This document shows positions 51,441 through 60,409 of a DNA stretch of 64,000 nucleotides, one piece after another. A model generated the notes under the pieces. It made no database searches and was not told where the DNA came from. It was given only the letters and a program-made list of their open reading frames with translations. The DNA is from Solirubrobacterales bacterium (GTDB lineage Bacteria > Actinomycetota > Thermoleophilia > Solirubrobacterales > 70-9), in contig DASSMJ010000017.1 in assembly GCA_035688955.1 (NCBI GenBank), positions 14,061 to 78,060 on the forward strand. Direction: 5' to 3'. Within the stretch, counting starts at the first letter, position 1. The number at the start of each line of letters is the position of its first letter. Both the position numbers and the translations under genes were made by a program.

Positions 51441-52948
51441 CAGGCGGGCGCCTCGATCTTCGGGAAGAGCGGGGCGACGCGTTCGACCTGCTGGCCGCCG
51501 GGACGCGAGCCCAGCTCGGCCAGCTCGCGCGAGTCCTCCGCCAGCGCCGCCAGCAGCGTCTCGGCGGTCGCCGGCAGGTAGGGCACGAGCAGCAGCGTCG
51601 TCACCCGCAGGCCCTCGACCAGGTTGTAGAGGACTTCGTCGAGCCGCTCGGGGTCGGCCTCGTCCTTGGCCAGGACCCACGGCTGGGTTTCCTCGACAAA
51701 GCGATTGAGCCGGCGGACGAGAACCCAGACGAGGTCGAGCGCTTGGCTCAGCTCGGCCCGGTCGAGCAGGTCGCTGAAGCGAGCGACGGCGCCTTCGAAG
51801 TCCTCGGCGAGGGTGGCGTCGACCTGCGCCGCCGGCACGGTCCCGTCGCGGTAGCGGTCGACCATCGCCAGCACGCGGCTGGCGAGGTTGCCGTAGTCGT
51901 TGGCGAGCTCGGTCTCGTAGCGCTGCTCGAAGCCGGCCGTGGAGATCGAGCCGTCCTGGCCGAAGCTGACCTCGCGGAAGAGGTAGAAGCGCAGCGCGTC
52001 GGCGCCGAAGCGGTCGATCACCTCGAAGGGGTCGAGCACGTTGCCAAGGCTCTTCGACATCTTTTTCTCGCCCATCAGCAGGTAGCCGTGGATCACCATC
52101 CGCCGCGGCGGCTCGAGGTCGGCGGCGAAGCAGAGGGCGGGCCAGATCACCGCGTGGAACTTGAGGATGTCCTTCGCCATCACGTGCAGGTCGGCGGGCC
52201 AGTAGCGCTCGCTCAGATCCTCGCCCTCACGGGCAAACGTCAGCGCCGTCACGTAGTTGAGCAGCGCGTCGAACCAGACATACATCCGCTGCCCTTCGTC
52301 CCACGGCAGCCGCAGTCCCCACTTCAGGTTCGGCCGCGAGAGCGAGACGTCTTCGAGTCCGCCTTTGATGAACGAGAGCGCCTCGTTGCGCCGGAACTCG
52401 GGCACGACGAAGTCCGGCCGCTCCTCATAAAGGCCTTCAAGCTGCGCCTGAAATGCGGAGAGCTGGAAGAACCAGTTCTCCTCCCGTTCCTTCTGCAACG
52501 GAATCTCATGAATCGGGCAGGTGTTCCCCGGCCCCAACTCGCGCTCGGTTTTGAAGTCGGCGCAGCGGGGGCAGTACCAGCCCTCGTAGACCCCCTTGGT
52601 CACCCAGCCGTTGTCGTAGACCCGCTGCATGATCTCGGCGACCTTGTCCATGTGCCGCGGGTCGCTGGTCCGAATGAAGAAGTCATTCGTCGACCCGATC
52701 GTCGGCATCAACCCTTCGAACTTCGCCGCGTTCGTGTCCGCCAGCTCCTGCGGCGTCACCCCGGCTTTCTTAGCCGCGTTCTCCACCGGCTCCCCGTGCT
52801 CGTCGGTCCCGGTGAGGAAGAAAACATCGTCCCCCCGCTGCCGATGGTGCCGAGCCAGCACGTCCGCCGCCATCGTCGAGTACGCGTGCCCGAGGTGCGG
52901 CTCCGCGTTGACGTAGTAGATCGGGGTGGTGACGTAGAAGCTGTTCAC
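51440..52948 (-). CDS. metG: Methionine--tRNA ligase (short form, no C-terminal tRNA-binding domain)
   Basis: 502 aa. TTPIYYVNAEPHLGHAYS (HIGH region), zinc-knuckle-like CPRC...CP, and KMSKSLGN (KMSKS). Confidence 0.95.
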   Translation of the reverse strand: MNSFYVTTPIYYVNAEPHLGHAYSTMAADVLARHHRQRGDDVFFLTGTDEHGEPVENAAKKAGVTPQELADTNAAKFEGLMPTIGSTNDFFIRTSDPRHMDKVAEIMQRVYDNGWVTKGVYEGWYCPRCADFKTERELGPGNTCPIHEIPLQKEREENWFFQLSAFQAQLEGLYEERPDFVVPEFRRNEALSFIKGGLEDVSLSRPNLKWGLRLPWDEGQRMYVWFDALLNYVTALTFAREGEDLSERYWPADLHVMAKDILKFHAVIWPALCFAADLEPPRRMVIHGYLLMGEKKMSKSLGNVLDPFEVIDRFGADALRFYLFREVSFGQDGSISTAGFEQRYETELANDYGNLASRVLAMVDRYRDGTVPAAQVDATLAEDFEGAVARFSDLLDRAELSQALDLVWVLVRRLNRFVEETQPWVLAKDEADPERLDEVLYNLVEGLRVTTLLLVPYLPATAETLLAALAEDSRELAELGSRPGGQQVERVAPLFPKIEAPA

Positions 52949-52961
52949 GAAGTCACAGAGG

Positions 52962-53789
52962 CTATCTCCGTGCCTCGCGGCCCGTCAGCGCTTTGTAGAG
53001 GTCGTTGGCCCGGGTCCCGGTGAGGGCGGCGACGACGGAGGCTGCCGCGCGTGGTCGCGCTCCGGACTGAACCAGGTGCCGCAACGCGTCGACGGCGAAG
53101 CCGACGTCTTGATCATGGTCGCCGGAGGCGGCGGGGCCGATGACGAGGACGATCTCGCCTTTGACGTTGGAGCGGAAGCGGCGGGCGAGTTCGCCGAGGG
53201 TGCCGCGGGCGACCTCCTCGTGGACCTTGGTCAGCTCGCGGCAGACGGCGGCCTCGCGGTCGGGCGCCAGGGAGGCGAGGGCGGCGAGGGACTCGCCGAG
53301 GCGGCGGGGGCTCTCGAAGGCGACGACGGTCTCGGCCGAGCGCAGGACCCGCTCCATCTCCCCTGCCCGCCGCGGCAGGAAGCCCTCGAAGCGCCATTTG
53401 TCGGTCGGCAGGCCGGAGGCGACGAGGGCCACGGGCACCACCGAGGGACCGGGTAGGACGGTGACATCGAGGGCGCGGTCAATGCAGCGGCGGATCAGCT
53501 TGTAGCCGGGGTCTGAGATCGCCGGCATGCCGGCGTCGGAGACGAGGGCGACGTTGTCACCGCGCTCGATCCGCTGCGCCAGCTCCAGGGCGCGCGCCTG
53601 TTCGTTGCCCTCGTGGAAGGAGACGAGCCGGGGATGCGGCCGGATCCGCAGGCGGTCGAGCAGCGCGCCGGCGCGGCGGGTGTCCTCGCAGGCGATGTAG
53701 TCGGCGGCGACGAGGGCGTCGCGGATCCGCGGCGAGACGTCGTCCATGTTGCCGATCGGCGTCGGGCAGACGACGAGGCAACCCGGCAT
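52962..53789 (-). CDS. rsmI: 16S rRNA (cytidine1402-2'-O)-methyltransferase
   Basis: 275 aa. LVVCPTPIGNMDDVSPRIRDALVAADYIACEDTRRAGALL...VALVSDAGMPAISDPG. Confidence 0.9.
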   Translation of the reverse strand: MPGCLVVCPTPIGNMDDVSPRIRDALVAADYIACEDTRRAGALLDRLRIRPHPRLVSFHEGNEQARALELAQRIERGDNVALVSDAGMPAISDPGYKLIRRCIDRALDVTVLPGPSVVPVALVASGLPTDKWRFEGFLPRRAGEMERVLRSAETVVAFESPRRLGESLAALASLAPDREAAVCRELTKVHEEVARGTLGELARRFRSNVKGEIVLVIGPAASGDHDQDVGFAVDALRHLVQSGARPRAAASVVAALTGTRANDLYKALTGREARR

Positions 53790-54766
53790 CAGCCGCCGTC
53801 CCTCGCCGGCTCGCTCGCTTTGGCCAGTTCGGTTCGGGCCATCGCGGCGGCGCCGATCATGCCGGCGTCGTTGCCGAGGGTCGCCTCGAGGATCGGCGTC
53901 TGGTTCATCGGGTCGAGCGCCCGCTCGCGGATCTCGCGCCGGGCCGGCTCGAGCAGCAGATCCCCGGCGGCGATGACGCCGCCGCCGACGACGATCGCGT
54001 TCGGCTGGAAGATGTTGGCGAGGCTCGAGCAGGCGACGCCGAGGCGGCTGCCGATCAGCTCGAAGACCCCCCTGGCGGTCTCGTCCCCTGCCACGGCGGC
54101 TTCGGTGACGACCCGCCCGTCGATCTCCTTGCCTTCGGCGAGCGCCTTGCCGAGGGCGGAGTCCGCCGTGCTTTCGCCCGCGGCCCGCCCCTCGCGCCCG
54201 AGCGCCGTCCCCGAGGCGAGCGACTCGACGCAGCCGTGGTTCGGGCAGTTGCCCTGGCAGGGCGGCCCGTCGGCCTGGATCACGACGTGGCCGAGCTCGG
54301 CGCCGGCGCCGGTCGAGCCGCGGTAGATCTCGCCGCCGAGGATGAGGCCGCCGCCGATGCCGGTGCCGACGGTGAGCATGACCATGTGCGGCATGCCCTT
54401 GGCGGCCCCGTAGAGATACTCGGCGAGGGCGGCGACATTGCCGTCGTTGTCGACGTAGACCGGCAGGCCGGTGCGCTCGCTGACGATGTCGCGGATCGGC
54501 AGGTCCTTCAGCGGCAGGTTCACCGCCGAGACGGCGAGGCCGCGATCGTGATCGATCGTCGCCGGAATCCCGAGCCCGACCGCAGCGACGTCGGGGCGCG
54601 CTTCCCGCGCCTCTTCGATCTCGCGGATCAGCAGCTCGACCAGCTCGTCCTCGGTCTGCCCCTTGGACGCCTCGCGCTGCTCGTAGACCGGCTCGATGCC
54701 CGAAAGCACGCCGACGAGCATCTTCGTGCCGCCGAGATCGACCCCGATCGTCTCGCTGGCGCTCAC
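53789..54766 (-). CDS. ROK-family glucokinase
   Basis: 325 aa. IGVDLGGTKMLVGV...VDNDGNVAALAE...TVGTGIGGG...GHVVIQADGPPCQGNCPNHGCVE, with the ROK Cys motif. Confidence 0.85.
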   Translation of the reverse strand: MSASETIGVDLGGTKMLVGVLSGIEPVYEQREASKGQTEDELVELLIREIEEAREARPDVAAVGLGIPATIDHDRGLAVSAVNLPLKDLPIRDIVSERTGLPVYVDNDGNVAALAEYLYGAAKGMPHMVMLTVGTGIGGGLILGGEIYRGSTGAGAELGHVVIQADGPPCQGNCPNHGCVESLASGTALGREGRAAGESTADSALGKALAEGKEIDGRVVTEAAVAGDETARGVFELIGSRLGVACSSLANIFQPNAIVVGGGVIAAGDLLLEPARREIRERALDPMNQTPILEATLGNDAGMIGAAAMARTELAKASEPARDGG

Positions 54767-54825
54767 GAGGAGCGGGAGGCTCGAAGGCGAATGACCGGCT
54801 TCATCGCCATGATTTCTAGCCTTTC

Positions 54826-56064
54826 ATGAGTCCCGACGGCGAACAGCGGCCCCCCGAGCCGCCTAACGACCAACCCGAGTACAAGGTCTACCGCTCCCGC
54901 CGGGGGCTGTTTTCGCGCTTGAAAGGCGCCGATCTCTCCGGATTGCGGGACCGTGCAAGTTTGCCTTCATGGCGGCGGCGCAAGCGCGACGAGCCGGGCC
55001 TGCCGCCCGCCCGGCGCGGGCGTATCGACGGCCGGCGCATCCTCAAATGGGTCGGCATCGTCGCCCTCAGCTGGATCTTGATCAGCCTCGTCGCCTTCGG
55101 CGTCTCCGCGCAGATCCAGTCCTTCAAGCTCTCCAACGAAGCGGCCAAGGCCCTGCACGGCAACCCGCTGCTGCTGCCGAGCGCGCAGACGATCCTCGTC
55201 CTCGGCACCGACGCCCGGCCGCCCGGCAGCGGCGACGGCAACACCTCCGAGAAGTGCTTCGAGCAGCAGTCGCGGGGCGAGAAGCCCCACTCCCCCTGCT
55301 ACCAGGGCGAATTCCGCGCCGACACCCTGATGCTTGTCCGGGCCGGCGGCGGCGCCTTTCGCAAACTCTCGATCCCCCGCGACGCCTACGCCGAGATCCC
55401 CGGGCAAGCGCCGCAGAAAATCAACGGCGCCTACGCCTTCGGTGGCGCCGCCCTGCAGATCAAGACGATCGAACAATTCCTCGGAATCCAGATCGACCAC
55501 GTCGCGATCGTCGACTTCACCGGCTTCGAAGACCTGATCGACGCGGTCGGCGGGGTCAAGATCGACGTGCCGCAGAAGCTCTGCGCCGACATCTCCGGCG
55601 GCGCCGGCGGTGGCCAGGGCGGCGTCACCCTGCGCCTGCACAAGGGCGAGAACACCCTCGACGGCGAAAAGGCGCTCGCCTACTCGCGGGTGCGCCACGT
55701 CAGCGAATGCCCCGGCCCGGGCAAGAGCGTCTACTCGCTCGGCGGCTACGACGACCTCGACCGCGAGCGCGCCCAGCAGGAAGTGATCAACGGCATCAAG
55801 AGCCGCCTGACCGACCCGCTGCGCCTCCCCTACAACTTCATCCACGGCCCGATCATCGGCTGGGACGCTCCGAAGGCGTTCGTCAGCGACATGGGCTTCT
55901 TCACGATGCCGCAGCTGATCCTCTCCGCCGCGATCGGCGGCAGCGCCCCGGCGGAAGTGCTCTGCGGCAAGGACCCGAGCGAATGCGGCGAAGGCCCCGA
56001 AGGCTCGATCGAAGTCCCCGAGTCGGTCCGCCGCAAGGCCGTCCACCGCCTGATCGACGGCTGA
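54826..56064 (+). CDS. LytR-CpsA-Psr (LCP) family cell-envelope phosphotransferase
   Basis: 412 aa. N-terminal TM anchor, then TILVLGTDARP...RADTLMLVR...SIPRDAYAEIPG...KINGAYAFGG...IDHVAIVDFTGFEDLIDAVGGV. Confidence 0.85.
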   Translation: MSPDGEQRPPEPPNDQPEYKVYRSRRGLFSRLKGADLSGLRDRASLPSWRRRKRDEPGLPPARRGRIDGRRILKWVGIVALSWILISLVAFGVSAQIQSFKLSNEAAKALHGNPLLLPSAQTILVLGTDARPPGSGDGNTSEKCFEQQSRGEKPHSPCYQGEFRADTLMLVRAGGGAFRKLSIPRDAYAEIPGQAPQKINGAYAFGGAALQIKTIEQFLGIQIDHVAIVDFTGFEDLIDAVGGVKIDVPQKLCADISGGAGGGQGGVTLRLHKGENTLDGEKALAYSRVRHVSECPGPGKSVYSLGGYDDLDRERAQQEVINGIKSRLTDPLRLPYNFIHGPIIGWDAPKAFVSDMGFFTMPQLILSAAIGGSAPAEVLCGKDPSECGEGPEGSIEVPESVRRKAVHRLIDG

Positions 56065-56126
56065 CGCCACCAGTGGTCACTTAGACACAGAGGAGTGGTC
56101 CCAACTGACCACTCATGGTCGAGCGT

Positions 56127-56423
56127 TCAGTCCGCGGTCGAGGTGGCCGGCTTCGAGTCGCTCTTCGAATCGCTGCCGGAAGTCGGCTTCGACTCCGAAG
56201 AGCTCGAGTCGCCGCTTTTGTCCGAGCTGCCGTTGCCGCCGCCCCGCTTCGTCTTGTAATCGGTGTTGTGGAAGCCGGAGCCCTTGAAGTGGATCGCCGG
56301 GGGGGTCAGGACCCGTGAAGCCGGAGCACCGCACTCCTGGCACTCGCGCAGCGGCTCGTCGCTCATCTTCTGGATCACCTCGAAGACGTGCCCGTTCTCG
56401 CATTTGTACTCGTAGATCGGCAT
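56127..56423 (-). CDS. FmdB-family zinc-ribbon protein with Ser/Gly/Asp-rich tail
   Basis: MPIYEYKCENGHVFEV...CQECGAP (CxxC...CxxC_SSSS type). Confidence 0.8.
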   Translation of the reverse strand: MPIYEYKCENGHVFEVIQKMSDEPLRECQECGAPASRVLTPPAIHFKGSGFHNTDYKTKRGGGNGSSDKSGDSSSSESKPTSGSDSKSDSKPATSTAD

Positions 56424-56461
56424 GGCGGCCCGGGATTATCGCAGCCGCTACCGTTCCCGCC

Positions 56462-57859
56462 ATGGAGGCAACCGAGCAGGAGCAGTCACCCCGCCCGACG
56501 GAGGTGACGATGGAAGAGATCGTGGCGCTGTGCAAACGGCGCGGTTTCGTCTTCCCCTCCTCGGAGATCTACGGCGGGCTCGGCTCGACCTACGACTACG
56601 GCCACTACGGCGTCCTGCTGAAGAACAACGTCAAAGCCGAGTGGTGGAAGGCGATGCTGCAGGAGCGCGACGACATCGTCGCCCTCGACTCGGCGATCCT
56701 CCAGCACCCGCGCGTCTGGGAGGCCTCGGGCCACCTCGAAGGCTTCACCGACCCGCTCGTCCAGTGCCTCGGCAAGTGCAAGAAGCGCTGGCGCGAGGAC
56801 CATCTGCGCGAGGCGGTCGAGGCCGAAGGCGGGGACCCGAACGCCGAACTGCGCTGCCCCGAGTGCGGCGGCGAGCTTTCCCCGCCGCGCCAGTTCAACC
56901 TGATGTTCGAAACCCACGTCGGCCCGGTCGCCGAGGAGGGCTCGACCGTCTACCTGCGCCCGGAGACGGCGCAGGGCATCTTCATCAACTTCAAGAATGT
57001 GCTCGGCTTCGCCCGCAAGAAGCCGCCGTTCGGGATCGCCCAGGTCGGCAAGTCCTTCCGCAACGAGATCACCCCCGGCAACTTCATCTTCCGCACCCGC
57101 GAGTTCGAGCAGATGGAGATGGAGTACTTCGTCCCCCCGGCCGAGGCCGACAAGTGGCACCAGCATTGGATGGCGGAGCGAGAGAGCTGGTACACCGAGC
57201 TCGGCATCCGCCCCGACCACCTGCGGGTCCGCGCCCACGGCGAGGACGAGCTCTCCCACTACTCCTCGGCGACGAGCGACATCGAGTACCTCTTCCCGAT
57301 CGGCTGGTCGGAGCTGGAGGGGATCGCCAATCGCGGCGACTTCGACCTCACCCAGCACGCCAAGTTCTCCGGCGAGAAGCTCGAGTACTTCGACCAGCAG
57401 ACGAAAGAGCGCTACGTCCCCCACGTGATCGAGCCCGCCGCCGGCGCCGACCGCGCCACCCTCGCCTTCCTCGTCGACTCCTACGAGGTCGAGGAAGTGG
57501 AGGGTCGACAGCGCACCGTCCTGCGCCTGCACCCGCGCCTGGCACCGGTCAAGGTCGCCGTCCTCCCTCTCGTCTCCAAGGACGGCCTGCCGGAGAAGGC
57601 CCGCGAGCTCTTCCAAGAACTCCGCCGCCGCCTGCCCGCCGAGTTCGACGAAGGCGGCTCGATCGGCAAGCGCTACCGCCGCCAGGACGAGATCGGCACC
57701 CCCTGGGGCATCACCGTCGACCACCAGACGATGGAAGACGACACCGTCACGCTCCGCGACCGCGACTCCCTCGAGCAGGTTCGCGTCCCGATCGAGGGCC
57801 TGGGCGACGAGCTGGTCAAGCGCCTGGCAGCACCCTGGCGGTCGCCGAAGCTGGGCTGA
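56462..57859 (+). CDS. glyQS: Glycine--tRNA ligase (alpha2 dimeric type)
   Basis: MEEIVALCKRRGFVFPSSEIYGGLGSTYDYGHYG...YLRPETAQGIF.NF...FRNEITPGNFIFRTREFEQMEMEYF...EPAAGADR. Start taken at ATG 56462; the ATG at 56507 is also possible. Confidence 0.93.
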   Translation: MEATEQEQSPRPTEVTMEEIVALCKRRGFVFPSSEIYGGLGSTYDYGHYGVLLKNNVKAEWWKAMLQERDDIVALDSAILQHPRVWEASGHLEGFTDPLVQCLGKCKKRWREDHLREAVEAEGGDPNAELRCPECGGELSPPRQFNLMFETHVGPVAEEGSTVYLRPETAQGIFINFKNVLGFARKKPPFGIAQVGKSFRNEITPGNFIFRTREFEQMEMEYFVPPAEADKWHQHWMAERESWYTELGIRPDHLRVRAHGEDELSHYSSATSDIEYLFPIGWSELEGIANRGDFDLTQHAKFSGEKLEYFDQQTKERYVPHVIEPAAGADRATLAFLVDSYEVEEVEGRQRTVLRLHPRLAPVKVAVLPLVSKDGLPEKARELFQELRRRLPAEFDEGGSIGKRYRRQDEIGTPWGITVDHQTMEDDTVTLRDRDSLEQVRVPIEGLGDELVKRLAAPWRSPKLG

Positions 57860-57874
57860 CCCCGGCGGGGTTCG

Positions 57875-58303
57875 TCAGGCGCCCGGACGGGGCTTGAGGC
57901 GAACCAGCTCGACGCGGTAGATCAGCGGACCTTCATCGTCCGTCAGGCGGGCAGGGATGACCAGCTTGCGCCGGCCGCCGACCCGCATCCCTTCGATGCC
58001 TTTTTCGAATCCGGGGCTGAAATGACCGGCGCCGAGTTGCAGCGGTAACGGAGGGTCCGACCCCCAACGACGGACCCACTCTTCGCCGGAGCCGTAGTAG
58101 GTGCCTATGTACAGAACGCCCACTCGGTCCCCTCGCCCTGCCTGAGGTCCGGCACCAACCTCGAGATCCTGGAGGATCAGCTTCTTGGGTTCCGGACGTG
58201 AGGTACTGACTTGTCCGTCCGATACCGGAGCCACGTCGTTATCCCCGCACCCGAAGAGAGATAGCGCACCGCAACAGAGGAGCGAAACGACGGTGCATTT
58301 CAT
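57875..58303 (-). CDS. FKBP-like lipoprotein (divergent single FKBP domain)
   Basis: Lipobox LSLFGC. GAGPQAGRGDRVGVLYIGTYY...LQLGAGHFSPGFEKGIEGMRVGGRRKLVIPARL...YRVELVRLK follows the FKBP-fold pattern but lacks several canonical FKBP residues. Confidence 0.7.
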   Translation of the reverse strand: MKCTVVSLLCCGALSLFGCGDNDVAPVSDGQVSTSRPEPKKLILQDLEVGAGPQAGRGDRVGVLYIGTYYGSGEEWVRRWGSDPPLPLQLGAGHFSPGFEKGIEGMRVGGRRKLVIPARLTDDEGPLIYRVELVRLKPRPGA

Positions 58304-58340
58304 TGCTCAGAGGATACCGCGCAACGCGGTGGTAGGGCTG

Positions 58341-58931
58341 TTACCGCTTCGTCGAGGCTGGCTTGAGTTTCATCAACACCATGACGTAATCGAGCGCTTC
58401 ACTGCCCTTGCCATAGAAGCCCGGGGGGAGAATCACCTCACGTAATCCGCCGGTCCTCAAGCCTTGGAAACCCAATTCATAGAGTCTTATGGCGATCCCA
58501 CCACCCAATTTGAAGGACGTAGGAGGAGCCGGCGGCCAGCCGTAGTACTGGACTTTTCCCGTCTTGTAGGGAGCGCCGGCGTAATAGATGGTTATCCGGT
58601 CCCCGAGTTGCGCAGGAGGGCCGAACCCCCGCCTGAGATCCCTGACAAGCGGCTTCCGGGGTGGCGGCCCATCAGCGGGATCGATAGTGGGTCTTTCGTT
58701 GCCCTCTCCCCCGGAGATCGCTGCAAATGGACCTACATGGGGATACGACCCTATCTTCGGCGCCTTCGTCTTGACGGACCAGGTTTTTCCCGGGGAGTCC
58801 GTGCCAGATTCGGCCTGTTCCCTTGCACTCTTCGTCCCCTTGTCAGCGCCGGTGGCTGATTCGTCTCCTCCACAGGCGAGCGGCACGGATGCAAGGCACA
58901 GCAGCCCCAATGCAAGCAGTAGCTTCATCAT
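58341..58931 (-). CDS. FKBP-like lipoprotein (divergent)
   Basis: Lipobox VPLAC. It shares the linker motif GPFAAISGG...PTIDPADGPPPRKPLV with the next gene. The FKBP-like core is GDRITIYYAGAPY...FKLGGG...LRTGGLREVILPP...VMVLMKLK. Confidence 0.6.
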   Translation of the reverse strand: MMKLLLALGLLCLASVPLACGGDESATGADKGTKSAREQAESGTDSPGKTWSVKTKAPKIGSYPHVGPFAAISGGEGNERPTIDPADGPPPRKPLVRDLRRGFGPPAQLGDRITIYYAGAPYKTGKVQYYGWPPAPPTSFKLGGGIAIRLYELGFQGLRTGGLREVILPPGFYGKGSEALDYVMVLMKLKPASTKR

Positions 58932-59794
58932 TCGGCGTCGGGAGCGATCTTTACGAGTTCGATCATGTAGTCGACGGCTCCTGAATCGCCGAGCAGGCGG
59001 GAAGGAACGATCAGCTCGCGACGACTGCCGGCTCGCATCCCCACGAGGCCCCTTTCAAAGGCACCACCCAAGTTGCCAGACCCGAGTGGAAAGAGCCGGG
59101 TCTTTCCTCCGTACCGGAGCTCACCCGTCGCATACATCGCCCCGTCGTAGCGAATGGCAATTTCGTCTCTCCGCTCTGCGGGGGGTCCAGAGCCCTCCTC
59201 CAGGCTGCGGAAGAGAAGCTTCTTGGGAGCCGGCCGATCCGGGGGGTCAATTACCGGTTTGTGCTTACCGCCCTTCGCCGTAATCGCGGCGAAGGGGCCC
59301 TTATGCGCATAGGTCCGCGGACCGGGCTTGATCCTGACCAGTTCGAGGACGTATGCGAGGTCTCCGTCTGAGCCTTCGAAGATGAGACGTGCCGGGATCA
59401 AGATTTCTCGCCGGCCCCCTGCCTTCATCCCGTGAATGCCTTTCTGCCATCCGGGACCGATAGTCTTCCCGTCGAGCTTGAAGTCCGCGGTGTAGCCCCA
59501 GTGTGGCGAGTAGGACTTGCCGGTCTTGTAATACACGCCGACATAGCGGACTATTGCCGTATCTCCCCATCGGGCAGCGGGTCCTTCACCAGCCTTGAGG
59601 TTTTTGATCACGAGCTTCTTCAGAGGCTCTTTTTGCGGAGGGACTGCTGGAACCGGAAACCCGATCTTTTCTTCGGTCGTTGAGGTGGAGGTCGATTCGG
59701 CAGAGGTCTTGTCCGCAGAGGTGGCGGTACTTCCCCCGCATCCACAGACTGCGAGAGCTACGAGGAGAGCCGCAATGCCGCTACTCAGCTTCAT
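58928..59794 (-). CDS. Tandem-FKBP-like lipoprotein (two divergent FKBP domains)
   Basis: Lipobox LAVCGC. There are two repeats of the pattern KKL(V/L)..L..G.GP.A...D...(V/I)RY.G..Y.TG...(F/L)..G....G...G..GM.AG.RRE(I/L)(L/I)(I/V)P(A/S)RL. ATGA overlap with the downstream gene. Confidence 0.7.
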   Translation of the reverse strand: MKLSSGIAALLVALAVCGCGGSTATSADKTSAESTSTSTTEEKIGFPVPAVPPQKEPLKKLVIKNLKAGEGPAARWGDTAIVRYVGVYYKTGKSYSPHWGYTADFKLDGKTIGPGWQKGIHGMKAGGRREILIPARLIFEGSDGDLAYVLELVRIKPGPRTYAHKGPFAAITAKGGKHKPVIDPPDRPAPKKLLFRSLEEGSGPPAERRDEIAIRYDGAMYATGELRYGGKTRLFPLGSGNLGGAFERGLVGMRAGSRRELIVPSRLLGDSGAVDYMIELVKIAPDAE

Positions 59795-59920
59795 TGCTCA
59801 GACTTTATCTATGTTTTCTGCTTGCAATTTTGCGCGCGCGATCTAAGAGTACGCTCGACTAAAGCGATACGTGTCCGCAACCGAAACCGCTGTGCAGCCA
59901 CCAAACGACACGGGAGAGAC

Positions 59921-60379
59921 ATGGCCTACGAAATGAAGATCCGCGGCACCGAGCACGAGGTGAAGGTGCGCAATCCCTGGGCCGTGGCCCTGCTGCCGAT
60001 CATCACGCTCGGCATTTACCACCTGGTCTGGTGGTACAAGATCAACAAGGAGCTGAAGGCTTATGGCGAGGCCAAGGGATATGACCTCGGCCAGAACCCG
60101 ACCAACTCGCTGCTGGCGCTGTTCCCCGGCGCCTTCATCATCGTCCCTGCCCTTGTCACCTACTACCGCGGCACCAAGCGCGTCCAAGGCGCCTCGAAAG
60201 TCGCCGGGCGGGAGCCGGTCAACGGCTGGATCACCCTGATCCTCTACCTGCTGCTGGCGCCGGGGATGTGGTTCTACCTGCAGAGCGCCCTTAACCAGGT
60301 CTGGGAGCAGGAGGCCGAGGCGCTGCCCGGACAGGATGCTCCGCCCGGCGCGGCCCCCGACATGCCGCCACGCCTGTAG
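59921..60379 (+). CDS. DUF4234-like small membrane protein
   Basis: ATG preceded by GGGAGAG. ALLPIITLGIYHLVWWYKINKEL is the hallmark of the DUF4234 family (name from memory). Confidence 0.6.
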   Translation: MAYEMKIRGTEHEVKVRNPWAVALLPIITLGIYHLVWWYKINKELKAYGEAKGYDLGQNPTNSLLALFPGAFIIVPALVTYYRGTKRVQGASKVAGREPVNGWITLILYLLLAPGMWFYLQSALNQVWEQEAEALPGQDAPPGAAPDMPPRL

Positions 60380-60409
60380 AGCGCTCGGGCATCTGCCGAT
60401 AGCCACGGC

